DNA of 64,000 nucleotides from an uncultured Clostridia bacterium (GTDB lineage Bacteria > Bacillota > Clostridia > Christensenellales > Borkfalkiaceae): contig CAMFEK010000006.1 of assembly GCA_945949395.1 (NCBI GenBank), positions 2,930 through 66,929 of the forward strand. The letters are read 5' to 3'. Position numbers and translations under genes: made by a program. Position 1 is the first letter of the stretch. Each line of letters opens with the position of its first letter. This document shows, in pieces, positions 29,625-39,297 of this stretch. The notes beneath the pieces are model-generated. The model did not search any database, was not told the origin of the DNA, and saw only the letters and a list, made by a program, of their open reading frames with translations.

Positions 29625-31277
29625 TTAGGATAAGCCTACGATGTTTCCGTTCTCGTCGAGATTTATTTTCTCCGCGGAGGGGTGCGCGGCGAGACCGGGC
29701 ATCAGCATGATCTTTCCCGCGATCGCCACGATGAATCCCGCGCCGCCCTTTAGGACGATGTCGCGCACGGTGATCGTGAATCCCGTCGGTCTGCCCACCT
29801 TCGTCATGTCGTCGGAGAGGGAGTACTGCGTCTTGGCGATGATGACGGGCAGATCGTTATACCCCTGCGCCTTGATCTCCGCAATCTTCTTTTTCGCCTC
29901 GTCCGTAAAGTCTACGCCGTCCGCGCCGTAAATTTTCTGCGCCACGTCGGTGATCTTCTTTTCGACGGGATCGGTGAGGGAATAGGAGTAATCCATGCGG
30001 GAAGGGATTTCGCACGCGGCGACGACCGCCTTGGCAAGCTCTCTTCCGCCTTCGCCGCCCTGTAAAAATACGTCGGTGAACACGGCTTTCGCACCGTTTT
30101 CCTCCACCTTTTGCATGACGAGATCGATCTCCGCCTGCGTGTCCGTATAGAAACGGTTCATCGCCACGACGACGGGCTTTTTGTATACGTTCTTGATATT
30201 TTCGACGTGCTTGATGAGGTTGGGAATCCCCTTTTCGAGCGCGTCGAGGTTCTCTTGCGTAAGGGTAGCCTTGTCCGCGCCGCCGTGCAGCTTTAACGCC
30301 TTGACGGTCGCCACGATGACGACGGCGTTCGGTTCGATGCCCGCTACGCGGCATTTCATGTCGAGGAATTTCTCCGCGCCGAGGTCTGCGCCGAATCCCG
30401 CCTCGGTCACCACGTAATCGGCAAGGCTCATGGCGGCGTAGGTCGCCTGAATGGAATTGCAGCCGTGCGCGATATTCGCAAAGGGACCGCCGTGAATGAT
30501 GGCGGGCGTGCCCTCGAGCGTCTGCACGAGGTTGGGCTTCATGGCGTCCTTCAAAAGCACTGCCATGCTCCCCACCGCGCCGGGAATTTGTTTCGCCTGC
30601 ACGTAGTTGCCGTCCGTGTCCAAACCGATGATGATGTTGCCGAGCCTTTCTTTGAGGTTTTCGAGGGAAGTGGCAAGGCAGAGGATCGCCATGATCTCGC
30701 TCGCCGCGGTGATGTCGAAGTGGTCCTCTCTCTCCCTTCCCTTACCCTGCTGACCGATGGTGATATTGATGAGGGAACGGTCGTTCATATCCATGCAGCG
30801 ATGGAAATAGATATTTTCGGGATCGATTTTCAAGGGGTTATCGCGGAAGAGCTGATTGTCGATGAGCGCGCAAAGCAGATTGTTTGCGGCGGTGATGGCG
30901 TGCAGATCGCCCGTAAAGTGCAGATTGATGTCCGCCATGGGCACTACCTGCGCGTATCCCCCGCCCGCGGCGCCGCCTTTGATGCCGAACACGGGTCCCA
31001 AAGAGGGTTCTCTTAGGGCGAGGCAAACCTTTTTGCCCTCCTTTGCCATGGCGTCGGCGAGACCGATGGATACGGTCGTCTTTCCTTCCCCGCTCGCGGT
31101 GGGATTGATCGCCGTGACCAAAACGAGCTTTGCCTTTCTCTCCCGCACGGGGCAGGAGATCTTCGCCTTGTACTTTCCGTACAACTCAATTTCGTCCTCG
31201 GTGAGGGATAGCTTTTTAGCTATCTCGCGAATGTCCTGCATTTTTGCGCTTTCCGCTATTTCGATATCGCTTAACAT
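29625..31277 (-). CDS. fhs: Formate--tetrahydrofolate ligase.
   Basis: 550 aa with FTHFS signatures (PTASGEGKTT; GFGADLGAEKF). Confidence 0.93.
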   Translation of the reverse strand: MLSDIEIAESAKMQDIREIAKKLSLTEDEIELYGKYKAKISCPVRERKAKLVLVTAINPTASGEGKTTVSIGLADAMAKEGKKVCLALREPSLGPVFGIKGGAAGGGYAQVVPMADINLHFTGDLHAITAANNLLCALIDNQLFRDNPLKIDPENIYFHRCMDMNDRSLINITIGQQGKGREREDHFDITAASEIMAILCLATSLENLKERLGNIIIGLDTDGNYVQAKQIPGAVGSMAVLLKDAMKPNLVQTLEGTPAIIHGGPFANIAHGCNSIQATYAAMSLADYVVTEAGFGADLGAEKFLDMKCRVAGIEPNAVVIVATVKALKLHGGADKATLTQENLDALEKGIPNLIKHVENIKNVYKKPVVVAMNRFYTDTQAEIDLVMQKVEENGAKAVFTDVFLQGGEGGRELAKAVVAACEIPSRMDYSYSLTDPVEKKITDVAQKIYGADGVDFTDEAKKKIAEIKAQGYNDLPVIIAKTQYSLSDDMTKVGRPTGFTITVRDIVLKGGAGFIVAIAGKIMLMPGLAAHPSAEKINLDENGNIVGLS

Positions 31278-31391
31278 GGCAAACTCCTTCCTTTTTTTTC
31301 GTTATGATTATATAGTATAGCACAAACCCCGCCGCAAGGCAAAAAATTAAAAGGGATTTTTTGAAAATTATTTGAATTTTGTCGCAGTCGC

Positions 31392-31420
31392 TTGACAACT
31401 TTTTTGCGTTCCTATAAAAT
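31392..31420 (+). promoter_or_regulatory. Promoter of glyQS.
   Basis: TTGACA at 31392-31397, a 16-bp spacer, TATAAAAT. RBS AGGAGA, ATG at 31455. No T-box leader is visible. Confidence 0.55.
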
Positions 31421-31454
31421 GAAGAGGAAAACTTTTAGAAAGGAGATTACGATT

Positions 31455-32858
31455 ATGGCTGAAAAGAGAGCTGTGACGATGGAAAAACTCACCGCGCTCT
31501 GTAAAAACAGAGGCTTCATCTTCCCCGGCAGCGAAATTTACGGCGGTCTCGCCAACGCGTGGGACTACGGTCCCTTGGGCGTCGAACTCAAGAACAACGT
31601 AAAAAAGGCATGGTGGAAAAAATTCATTCAGGAAAATACCTTGAATACGGGCGTGGACTGCGCCATTCTCATGAATACGAGAACCTGGCAGGCGTCCGGA
31701 CACCTCGGCGGTTTCTCCGACCCCCTCATCGACTGCAAGTGCTGCAAGGCGCGTTCCCGCGCGGACGATCTGGTGGAGGCGTACGCGTCCAAGCATAAGA
31801 TGGAGGATATTAAGCCGGACGCGATGGACAACGAACAGCTGGAAAACTTTATCAAAGAGCATAAGGTTCCCTGCCCCGTCTGCGGCAATTCCGACTTCAC
31901 CTCCATTCGTAAGTTCAATCTGATGTTCAAGACCTTCCAGGGCGTCACGGAGGACTCCGCGAATACCATCTATCTTCGCCCCGAAACGGCGCAGGGCATT
32001 TTCGTGAACTTCTTAAACGTACAGCGCTCTTCCCGCATGCGCGTGCCCTTCGGCATCGGTCAGATCGGGAAATCCTTCCGCAACGAGATCACGCCCGGCA
32101 ACTTCACCTTCCGCACGCGCGAGTTCGAGCAGATGGAGCTTGAATTTTTCTGCAAGCCCGGCACCGACCTCGAATGGTTCGACTACTGGAAAAACTTCTG
32201 CAAGGACTGGCTCATTTCCCTCGGCATGAAGGAGGAGAATTTGAGACTGCACGACCACTCCAAGGAAGAGCTCTGTTTCTATTCCAAGGCGACGACCGAC
32301 TTCCAGTATCGCTTCGCCTTCGACTGGGGCGAACTTTGGGGCATCGCCGACAGAACGGACTACGACCTCACCCAGCATCAAAGCGAGAGCGGCAAGTCCA
32401 TGGAATACACCGACCCCGTCACCAACGAAAAGTACGTTCCCTACGTCATCGAACCCTCCTTGGGCGCGGACAGAGTCGTGCTCGCCTTCCTCACCGACGC
32501 CTACGACGAAGAGGTGGTCGACGAGGCGAAAAAGGACGTGAGAACGGTTCTGCATCTGCATCCCTTCCTCGCTCCCTTCAAGTGCGCGGTACTTCCCTTG
32601 CAGAAAAACCTCTCCGAAAAGGCGGACGAAGTGTATAAGCGGTTCGCCAAGAAGTTCAACTGCACCTACGACGTCACGGGCTCCATCGGCAAGCGCTATC
32701 GCAGACAGGACGAAATCGGCACCCCCTTCTGCGTCACCGTCGACTTCGATACCTTGAACGACGATACGGTCACCATTCGCGACCGCGACAGCATGCAGCA
32801 GGTACGCCTTCCCATCGACGAGGCGGAGAAGTACATTCTCGAAAGAATAGAGTTTTAA
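31455..32858 (+). CDS. glyQS: Glycine--tRNA ligase (single-chain alpha2 type).
   Basis: Class II motifs. The N-terminus [42 protein letters not shown] is typical of GlyQS. The start is chosen at the RBS-preceded ATG. Confidence 0.9.
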   Translation: MAEKRAVTMEKLTALCKNRGFIFPGSEIYGGLANAWDYGPLGVELKNNVKKAWWKKFIQENTLNTGVDCAILMNTRTWQASGHLGGFSDPLIDCKCCKARSRADDLVEAYASKHKMEDIKPDAMDNEQLENFIKEHKVPCPVCGNSDFTSIRKFNLMFKTFQGVTEDSANTIYLRPETAQGIFVNFLNVQRSSRMRVPFGIGQIGKSFRNEITPGNFTFRTREFEQMELEFFCKPGTDLEWFDYWKNFCKDWLISLGMKEENLRLHDHSKEELCFYSKATTDFQYRFAFDWGELWGIADRTDYDLTQHQSESGKSMEYTDPVTNEKYVPYVIEPSLGADRVVLAFLTDAYDEEVVDEAKKDVRTVLHLHPFLAPFKCAVLPLQKNLSEKADEVYKRFAKKFNCTYDVTGSIGKRYRRQDEIGTPFCVTVDFDTLNDDTVTIRDRDSMQQVRLPIDEAEKYILERIEF

Positions 32859-32929
32859 GGCAATACCCGCGCCGCAACATACGGTGCGGGATTTCTAATA
32901 TCGACCGTCGATATTAATAAAAAAAGAAT

Positions 32930-32968
32930 CGCTCGCTTTCCCGTTCGGGAGAGCGAGCGTATTTCGTT
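32930..32968. terminator. Bidirectional rho-independent terminator (glyQS, and the convergent membrane protein).
   Basis: 13-bp stem cgctcgctttccc-gttc-gggagagcgagcg, then tatttcgttta. An A-run precedes it, which serves the other strand. Confidence 0.65.
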
Positions 32969-32992
32969 TATCGTTATTTGAGTCGCTTATTT

Positions 32993-35068
32993 TTAGGAGC
33001 CTATCATGTCGTAGGCGAGCCTGGTGAGTTCCGCCGCGGCGGCGCCCGTCAGAATTTCGCTGCCTGCAAACGAGGAGACGAGAGATAGAGCCTGCGGCAT
33101 GGTCGTAACCCCAACGCTTGCCGTCTTTACCACGTTGCCGATACATTCCGCCTCGTTTTCAATCTTGGCTTTCTTTTGCTCTTCGGTCAGAGCGGGGTCG
33201 TTCTTGATGTCCAACACGCCGTCCACCACATAACTGAGAGCGGTCACGGAAAATTCCGCCGTCTTTTCGTCCATGCTTTGGGCGAGGAAGGCGTCCTTGT
33301 TGCAGTAGGCGTTTTGAACTTTTTTCACCGCCTCGGACGAGAGGAATTTGCTCGTGCCGATCGTCTCGATCAAGGGGGTCACGTCATCCACGCCCGCGCC
33401 CTGTTGCAGGGAAAGAAGGAAGTTCACCTTTTCCGTTTCTTCCTTTACGATTTGATTTTTTTGCTCGAAGGAAAGCGTTTCGTCCTCTTTGATCTCGCAA
33501 AGTCCGTCTAAAACGGAATTGATCACGGTGAAAGCCACCTCGGCGTCCGTCTGGCTCAAGCCGCTCCCCTTGAGTTTTTCTTCCGACAGCATACTGTCGC
33601 CGATCGTGCGGATCGTCTGGGAAGAGAGCAGTCTGCTCGTGCCCACCGTCTCTAAAACGGGCGCGAGATCGTTAATATCGAGGCTCGATGTTGTAAGATT
33701 CATCAGCGAATCCAGCTTGTCGGACTCCTCTTTCAAAATAGCGTCCTTCTCTTCGGCGGTGAGGGAGTCGTCCTTTTGCAGGGCGAGCACTTCGTCGATG
33801 ACGGAAGAGAGAAGAGAGGAGAAGAGTTCCGACTGCGTTTCGTCGAGTCCCATTCCCTGCATGACTTCGGGGGTGAGAAAGGCGCTCACAAAGTTCGCGG
33901 AGCCTTCGTTGATCATGGCGAACACGTCGTAGAAGCTCGTGGGCGAAAACGTCGTTTCGCCTCCCGTGCCTTCGGAGGGGTTATTCGGATTTTCTTCGGC
34001 GCCGCCCGATTCGCCCGTGCCGTCGTCGGGGGAAGGAGCGGGCGTTTCGTTGCCGCCGGCGCTGCCGCCAAACGCCTCGTAGAGGGCGAGCAGGGTTGCG
34101 ATGCCTTCAAAGTCCTCGGACGCGAGGGTGTTGGCGATAAACGCGTCGTATACGCCGTTCGTCACGTCGGGGTTCATGATCTCGACGGGCTGAAGGATAT
34201 CCAAAAAGCTCCTGCCCGCCTTCCATTCCACGGCGATATCGTGCAGGAGACCGCCTAAAAAGGCGTCCGTCACGGGATTTGTTTTGAGCGCCTCGGCGAT
34301 GGCGCGGCAGTCGGCGGAGGTCGGCGTCTTTCCGCTTAACAGGGGGTACGCCTTGTTCGCCGCGGAGAGGGAAGCGGATAAAAATTCTTCCGTCGTGCTC
34401 TCCTTGCCGTCGATCGCGATCGAGGTGAGCGCGTCCGACTCGAAATGGGAAACGCTGTAATATACTTTATGTAAGGGATTTTCCGAAAGGGATTTCAAAA
34501 TGCTTAGGGCAAATTCGTTGTCCTTTATCGTATCCCCCGCCATCTCCTGCACGGCGGATTCGTTCGCGAGGCGGTTTGCGATTTCCGTGTAATAGGAAAG
34601 CGGCATATAGAAGGTCGCCACAAAGCCGAAACAGAGGGCGAGATTTAAGAGGGCGCTCACCAAAAAGTTGATAACGCCCTTGAACTTCGCCTTCTTAAGG
34701 AGCGCCTGCGAGAGAATCGTATAGATAATGAGCAAGAGAAACTCGCAAAGGAGAAAGAAAACGAAAAAGAGAAGGGGGGAAACGAGCGCCTCCGCGATGG
34801 CGAGCGCGGCGTTCGCCGCTACGGTGCCGCTGAACAGATAGTCCATTACGCGGGCGAGCTGACCCAAGTCGATCTCCTGTAAATAGATTTTTGCGGCGGG
34901 GAGAACCGCTTTCGTCAAGAGAGCGGCGGCAAAAACGCCGAGCGCGAAAAAGACGAGGCGAACGAGCGATTGCAGCCACGTTCTTCTGAAACAATTCACG
35001 ATGGTGGGAATGAGGGCGATCACGGCGATCGAGCCGAACACGATCCACGCAATAATTTCGGGTGTCAT
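32993..35068 (-). CDS. CvpA-domain membrane protein with a long repeat-containing C-terminal extension.
   Basis: The N-terminal ~170 aa have a CvpA-like TM pattern (IVNCFRRTWLQSLVRLVFFALGV...). The remainder is acidic and helical, with about three internal repeats (…ETVGTSRLLSSQTIRT… and …ETIGTSKFLSSEAVKK…). Confidence 0.6.
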   Translation of the reverse strand: MTPEIIAWIVFGSIAVIALIPTIVNCFRRTWLQSLVRLVFFALGVFAAALLTKAVLPAAKIYLQEIDLGQLARVMDYLFSGTVAANAALAIAEALVSPLLFFVFFLLCEFLLLIIYTILSQALLKKAKFKGVINFLVSALLNLALCFGFVATFYMPLSYYTEIANRLANESAVQEMAGDTIKDNEFALSILKSLSENPLHKVYYSVSHFESDALTSIAIDGKESTTEEFLSASLSAANKAYPLLSGKTPTSADCRAIAEALKTNPVTDAFLGGLLHDIAVEWKAGRSFLDILQPVEIMNPDVTNGVYDAFIANTLASEDFEGIATLLALYEAFGGSAGGNETPAPSPDDGTGESGGAEENPNNPSEGTGGETTFSPTSFYDVFAMINEGSANFVSAFLTPEVMQGMGLDETQSELFSSLLSSVIDEVLALQKDDSLTAEEKDAILKEESDKLDSLMNLTTSSLDINDLAPVLETVGTSRLLSSQTIRTIGDSMLSEEKLKGSGLSQTDAEVAFTVINSVLDGLCEIKEDETLSFEQKNQIVKEETEKVNFLLSLQQGAGVDDVTPLIETIGTSKFLSSEAVKKVQNAYCNKDAFLAQSMDEKTAEFSVTALSYVVDGVLDIKNDPALTEEQKKAKIENEAECIGNVVKTASVGVTTMPQALSLVSSFAGSEILTGAAAAELTRLAYDMIGS

Positions 35069-35251
35069 AAAAAACTCCTTTTTTATCTATATTATATATG
35101 ATAGCAGAAGAAGAATAATTTGTCAAATTATTACAAAAAGAGATTGTTCTTTCACAGGGAAAAAGTTAATTTCTTTTACTTTACACAAAAAGCGGGTTGA
35201 CAAGAGGAAAGAGAGTATGGTATAATAAGGAAAAATTAAAAACAGAGGTTT

Positions 35252-35725
35252 TTGAAAATGATAAACTTTTCTTTGAGAGGGATCACCGCCGAAGAACTCA
35301 GCTTTAAGGTAAACAGAATCAACATGACGGATCCCAAATTCGAAATTAAACCCACCTTCTCCAGACAGGTAAGAACGGCAAACGAGAACAACAACATCTA
35401 CGTCGTCGCGCTCGATTGCAAGATCGAATCCACCGAGGAGGCACCCAAGCCCTTCAATCTGACCGTAAGATATCTCGGCGTGTTCGAGACGGACGGCATC
35501 AAAACCGACGCGGAGAGAAAGCAGTTCGCCATCAAGGCAACCGAGATCATGTTCCCCTATCTCCGTCACGGCGTTTCCGCTCTCACCACGACGGCTATGA
35601 TCAATCCTTTGACCTTGCCCGTCATTCCCGGCGATATCCTCTTCCCCGAGGACAGACCCGCGCAGCCCGAGGGCAACACCGGTAAGCAGTATACGCTCAC
35701 CTTCGATTCCAGCCTTTTGAACTGA
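35252..35725 (+). CDS. SecB-like export chaperone homolog.
   Basis: 157 aa. The C-terminal segment IMFPYLRHGVSALTTTAMINPLTLPVI parallels the SecB signature LFPYARE.I..L.....FP.L.L.P.NF. The size matches SecB. Confidence 0.5.
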   Translation: MKMINFSLRGITAEELSFKVNRINMTDPKFEIKPTFSRQVRTANENNNIYVVALDCKIESTEEAPKPFNLTVRYLGVFETDGIKTDAERKQFAIKATEIMFPYLRHGVSALTTTAMINPLTLPVIPGDILFPEDRPAQPEGNTGKQYTLTFDSSLLN

Positions 35726-35769
35726 GATCATTCCGACAAAACCGTTTGAAAAGTTTTGTTTCTCCTTTT

Positions 35770-35800
35770 GTAAAGAGCGTTCCTTTTTTAGGAACGCTTT
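35770..35800 (+). terminator. Rho-independent terminator of the secB-like gene.
   Basis: Hairpin aaagagcgttcc-tttttta-ggaacgcttttt followed by atata. Confidence 0.6.
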
Positions 35801-35867
35801 TTATATAGAATAAAATTATGCGCCGCGCTTTTCCGTAACGGACAAGCGCGGCGCGTCTTACGATAGA

Positions 35868-36509
35868 TTATAAGGTTCCGAAAATTCTGTCGCCCGCGTC
35901 GCCGAAGGCGGTCACGATATATCCCTTTTCGTTTAAGGGGGCGTCCGCGTAGTGCGCGACGAAAATCTTCACGTCGGGGTGCTCGGAAACGACCTTCTCT
36001 ATGCCTACGGGGGAGGCGATCAGGGAGAGGAGGGTGATATTTTTGCAGCCCCTCTCTTCCAAAAATCCGATCGCGGCGGAGGCGGAGCCGCCGGTCGCGA
36101 GCGCGGGGTCCACCACGATAAACTGCGCGTCGGTCGAGCGGGGAGGAATCTTAAAGTAGTAGGTTTGCGGCTTTAACGTTTCCTCGTCGCGGTAAAGACC
36201 GATATGCCCCACCTTCGCGTTGGGGAAGAGGGAAACGAGCCCGTCCACCATGCCCAGTCCCGCCCGCAAAATGGGGCAGATCACGACTTCCTCGTCCACC
36301 ACGGGAGAGGGGAAGGAGGAGAGCGGCGCCTGAATGGTGACGTTTTTCGTCTTGATTTGGCGGAACGCCTCGTAGCCCATGAGCATGGCGATCTCGCTCA
36401 CGATCTCGCGGAACTCCTTGGTTCCCGTCGTCACGTCGCAAAGGTGCGTGATTTTATGGTCGATGAGGGGGTGATTGAGAATGGTGACGTTTTTCATGAT
36501 TTTTTCCAT
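35868..36509 (-). CDS. upp: Uracil phosphoribosyltransferase.
   Basis: PRPP-binding motif (FIVVDPALATGGSA) and an N-terminal region HPLIDHKITHLCDVTTGTKEFRE typical of Upp. Confidence 0.92.
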   Translation of the reverse strand: MEKIMKNVTILNHPLIDHKITHLCDVTTGTKEFREIVSEIAMLMGYEAFRQIKTKNVTIQAPLSSFPSPVVDEEVVICPILRAGLGMVDGLVSLFPNAKVGHIGLYRDEETLKPQTYYFKIPPRSTDAQFIVVDPALATGGSASAAIGFLEERGCKNITLLSLIASPVGIEKVVSEHPDVKIFVAHYADAPLNEKGYIVTAFGDAGDRIFGTL

Positions 36510-36795
36510 TTTTTTACCTCGGATGTTTTTTCTTTGCTATCATCATAACATATTTCCTCTTTTTTTTCAACAGTTTGACAAAATTCGTTTGAAAAATAAT
36601 TGACTTATGTGACGAATGTGTGATATGCTAATGGTAACAAGAATCTTTAAGAGCGGTCCCGTGAGTCCGGCAAGATGAAAATAACGTTACTTTTGTTCTA
36701 TCGGGTATTTTGCACGTCTTGTCCGCCCCTATCGGCACCAAGGCGTTTTTATTTTGTAAAAAATATGTACGGGAACCGTACAAAGGAGAAATACT

Positions 36796-38232
36796 ATGAA
36801 ACTCATTTACGACGTCGGCGATAAGCCCAAATTCAGTCAGACCCTCGTGTTCGCCTTCCAGCAGATGATCGCGATCATGGCGGCAACCCTGCTCGTGCCC
36901 ATTCTCATGAGCAGCAATACCATGCCGGACGGAACCACCCTCACCTTCGATCCCGCGGCGGCCCTCTTCGGCGCGGGCGTCGGATCCCTCGTGTACATTC
37001 TCTTCACCAAGAGAAAGAGCCCCGTGTTCTTGGGTAGTTCCTTCACCTTCCTCGGCGCTTACACCGCCGTCATCGGCATGAACTACGGTTACTGGGGCGT
37101 CATTATCGGCGTCGCCATGGCGGGTCTCGTGTACGCGCTCATCGCCCTTCTGATCAAGCTCGTCGGCTCCGGCTGGGTCAACAAGATCATGCCCCCCGTC
37201 GTCATCGGACCCATCGTCGCCCTCATCGGACTTTCCCTCTCCGGCACGGCTACCAGTTGGATGCACTCCAACGGCGGTACGGACTATAACCTCGTGTCTA
37301 TCTTGATCGGTACCATCACCTTCCTCGCCATCGCCTTCGTCTCCATTCGCGGAACCAAGACGATGAAGCTCATCCCCTTCATCATCGGCATCGGCGTGGG
37401 CTACCTTCTCGCGGTCATCGTCTCCGCAATCGGCTATGCGGCGGATATCTCCTATCTCAAGCTCTTCGATTTCGGCGGCTTCGCGGCAGATTTCTCCTCC
37501 AAGTGGGCAACCTCTCCCATCACCGCCTTCGTCGACCTTCCTAAATTCACCTTCATCACGGCGATCCAGACGGCAAGTCAGTATCCCTTGGATGGGGCGG
37601 CTATCGGCAATATCGCCATCACCTTCGTGCCCATCGCTATCGTAGAACTCGCGCAGCACATCGCGGATCACAAGAACCTCTCCAACATCATCGAAAAAGA
37701 CCTCATCACCGATCCCGGTCTCACCAGAACCCTTCTCGGCGACGGTATCGGCTCCATGGTCGGCGGTTTCTTCGGCGGTTGTGCCAACACCACCTACGGC
37801 GAATCCATCGGTTGCGTCGCCATCACGAAAAACGCGTCCATCGTCTCCATCTTCTACGCGGCGATCGGCTGTTTGATCCTCTCCTTCTTTACCCCCTTCG
37901 TCGTCGTCATCAACTGCATCCCCAAGTGCGTCATGGGCGGCGCCTGCGTCGCGATGTACGGTTTCATCGCCGTATCCGGCTTGCAGATGCTCCAAAAGGT
38001 CGACCTCTCCGATAACTCCAACCTCTACATCGTATGCGCCATCTTAGTTAGCGGTATCGGCGGTCTCGCCTTCGACTTCGGTTCCAACCCCATAATGGAT
38101 CGCGCTCTCATCTCCATTGGTTCCCCGGCGTCCGCTCTCATCGTCGGTCTCATCACGATGGTAGTCGTAAAGACCAAGAAGAAGGCAGATGCTCCCGCAG
38201 AAGAAAATACACAAGAGCCGAAAGCGGAATGA
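36796..38232 (+). CDS. Uracil/xanthine permease (NCS2 family).
   Basis: 478 aa, about 12-14 TM helices, with NCS2 motifs (FQQMIAIMAATLLVP...; GESIG). Adjacent to upp. Confidence 0.85.
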   Translation: MKLIYDVGDKPKFSQTLVFAFQQMIAIMAATLLVPILMSSNTMPDGTTLTFDPAAALFGAGVGSLVYILFTKRKSPVFLGSSFTFLGAYTAVIGMNYGYWGVIIGVAMAGLVYALIALLIKLVGSGWVNKIMPPVVIGPIVALIGLSLSGTATSWMHSNGGTDYNLVSILIGTITFLAIAFVSIRGTKTMKLIPFIIGIGVGYLLAVIVSAIGYAADISYLKLFDFGGFAADFSSKWATSPITAFVDLPKFTFITAIQTASQYPLDGAAIGNIAITFVPIAIVELAQHIADHKNLSNIIEKDLITDPGLTRTLLGDGIGSMVGGFFGGCANTTYGESIGCVAITKNASIVSIFYAAIGCLILSFFTPFVVVINCIPKCVMGGACVAMYGFIAVSGLQMLQKVDLSDNSNLYIVCAILVSGIGGLAFDFGSNPIMDRALISIGSPASALIVGLITMVVVKTKKKADAPAEENTQEPKAE

Positions 38233-38645
38233 AAATCGTCGTAAGTAAGTGCCTTTTGGGTGAAAACTGCCGCTACGCGGGAGACAACTGCAAGAGCGAA
38301 AAAGTCCTCTCCCTCGCGGCGGAACACGAGCTGATCGGCGTTTGTCCCGAACAGCTCGGCGGACTTTCCACGCCGAGAGACCCGTCCGAACGGGTGGGCG
38401 ACAAGGTTCTCTCCTCCAAGGGAAAGGACGTCACGGCGGAATATTATAGGGGCGCGGAACTCGCCCTTGCCATCGCCAAGGACAAGGGCGCGAGCGTGGC
38501 GATCCTCAAAGCCAAAAGCCCTTCCTGCGGCAAGGGACTCATCTACGACGGCACCTTTTCGGGCAATAAAATTCCCGGCAACGGCGTCACGGCGGAGCTC
38601 TTTGCGGCAAACGGCATCGAAGTTCTCACCGAGGACGAAATTTAA
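38229..38645 (+). CDS. DUF523-domain protein (TudS-like [4Fe-4S] thiouracil desulfidase family).
   Basis: 138 aa. Three conserved Cys (C8, C39, C100) spaced like the TudS cluster ligands. Its start overlaps the permease stop by 4 bp (ATGA), indicating translational coupling. Confidence 0.6.
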   Translation: MKIVVSKCLLGENCRYAGDNCKSEKVLSLAAEHELIGVCPEQLGGLSTPRDPSERVGDKVLSSKGKDVTAEYYRGAELALAIAKDKGASVAILKAKSPSCGKGLIYDGTFSGNKIPGNGVTAELFAANGIEVLTEDEI

Positions 38646-38661
38646 CGAAATAAAAACGAAC

Positions 38662-38698
38662 AGAGCGCTTGCCCGTCGGGCAAGCGCTCTGCTTTTCG
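38662..38698 (+). terminator. Rho-independent terminator after the DUF523 gene.
   Basis: 13-bp stem agagcgcttgccc-gtc-gggcaagcgctct followed by gcttttcgg. Confidence 0.6.
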
Positions 38699-38712
38699 GA
38701 AGGTACGAGCCC

Positions 38713-38856
38713 CCAAGCAGGCGCCGCGAACAACGAACGCCCTCTCCAAGCGGGTGCCGCCGAGAAGAACGAGCCCCCCCAAGCGGGTGCCGCCGAGAAG
38801 AACGAGCCCCCCCAAGCGGGTGCAGCCAAGAGGAAAGAACGCCCCCAAGCGGGCAC
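38713..38856. repeat. 33-bp tandem direct repeat, about 4.3 copies (unit ccaagcgggtgccgccgagaagaacgagccccc).
   Basis: Copies begin at 38713 (degenerate), 38746, 38779 (identical to the 38746 copy), 38812 (diverged) and 38845 (partial). It is non-coding; the only ORFs across it are low-complexity artifacts. Confidence 0.8.
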
Positions 38857-38879
38857 TTATAAAAAAACATTTTCCGTAG

Positions 38880-39260
38880 GGGAGTGCCCCATGCCCCCCG
38901 TCATTTTGCGTAACGAAACGTTACGGGTAAGCGCGCGGCGCACCCTTACCCCTCGTTCGAGAGAGAAATCTTGCGAATACGCAGAAAAATCTTCCCGTCC
39001 GTGCGGCAAACCTTTACGCTCTCCCGCCCGAGTGGAAAGCCTTTGAGAGCGTACGCGGCTCACCCCCCTGCCTCATCACATTGTGTAACGAAACGTTACG
39101 GGGGCACGGAAAATCTTCACGAGCATGGCGCGCCCGCGCCGCCCCCGACCGAACGAGCGCGCGAAAATTTTTCCAACCCTGCCCGAGCGACAAACCTTTA
39201 CGAGCGGGCGCGCCGCACCTCTCCTCAAACCCTCACCGGTAAGGGATTTCGCGGCGTCCC
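38880..39260. repeat. Two degenerate ~180-bp direct repeats, each starting with the palindrome GTAACGAAACGTTAC.
   Basis: The palindrome occurs at 38910-38924 and 39085-39099. Both units share the downstream blocks aaaatcttc and aaacctttacg and a gcccgagYg block. Confidence 0.65.
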
Positions 39261-39265
39261 TCCCG

Positions 39266-39297
39266 CAAAAAACCCACCCGAAGGGGGTGGGTGAGCA
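39266..39297 (-). terminator. Rho-independent terminator of the SSB-like gene.
   Basis: Minus strand: cacccacccc-ttc-gggtgggt followed by tttttg. Confidence 0.65.

Noticed and set aside
31278-31454. Possible T-box leader for glyQS.
   Set aside because: Only about 35 nt separate the promoter -10 from the RBS. That is far too short for a T-box, and no T-box consensus (AATTAGGGTGGNACCGCG) is present.
36628-37995. 455-aa ORF on the minus strand.
   Set aside because: It is antisense to the NCS2 uracil permease. The composition is Asp/Gly/Glu-rich low complexity.
38025-38870. 281-aa minus-strand ORF, and the 131-aa plus-strand ORF 38467-38862, across the 33-bp tandem repeats.
   Set aside because: The repeats translate to low-complexity PLGGARSSRRH / PPSGCRREERA iterations. 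They overlap the well-supported DUF523 gene in other frames, and there is no RBS. Treated as non-coding repeat DNA.
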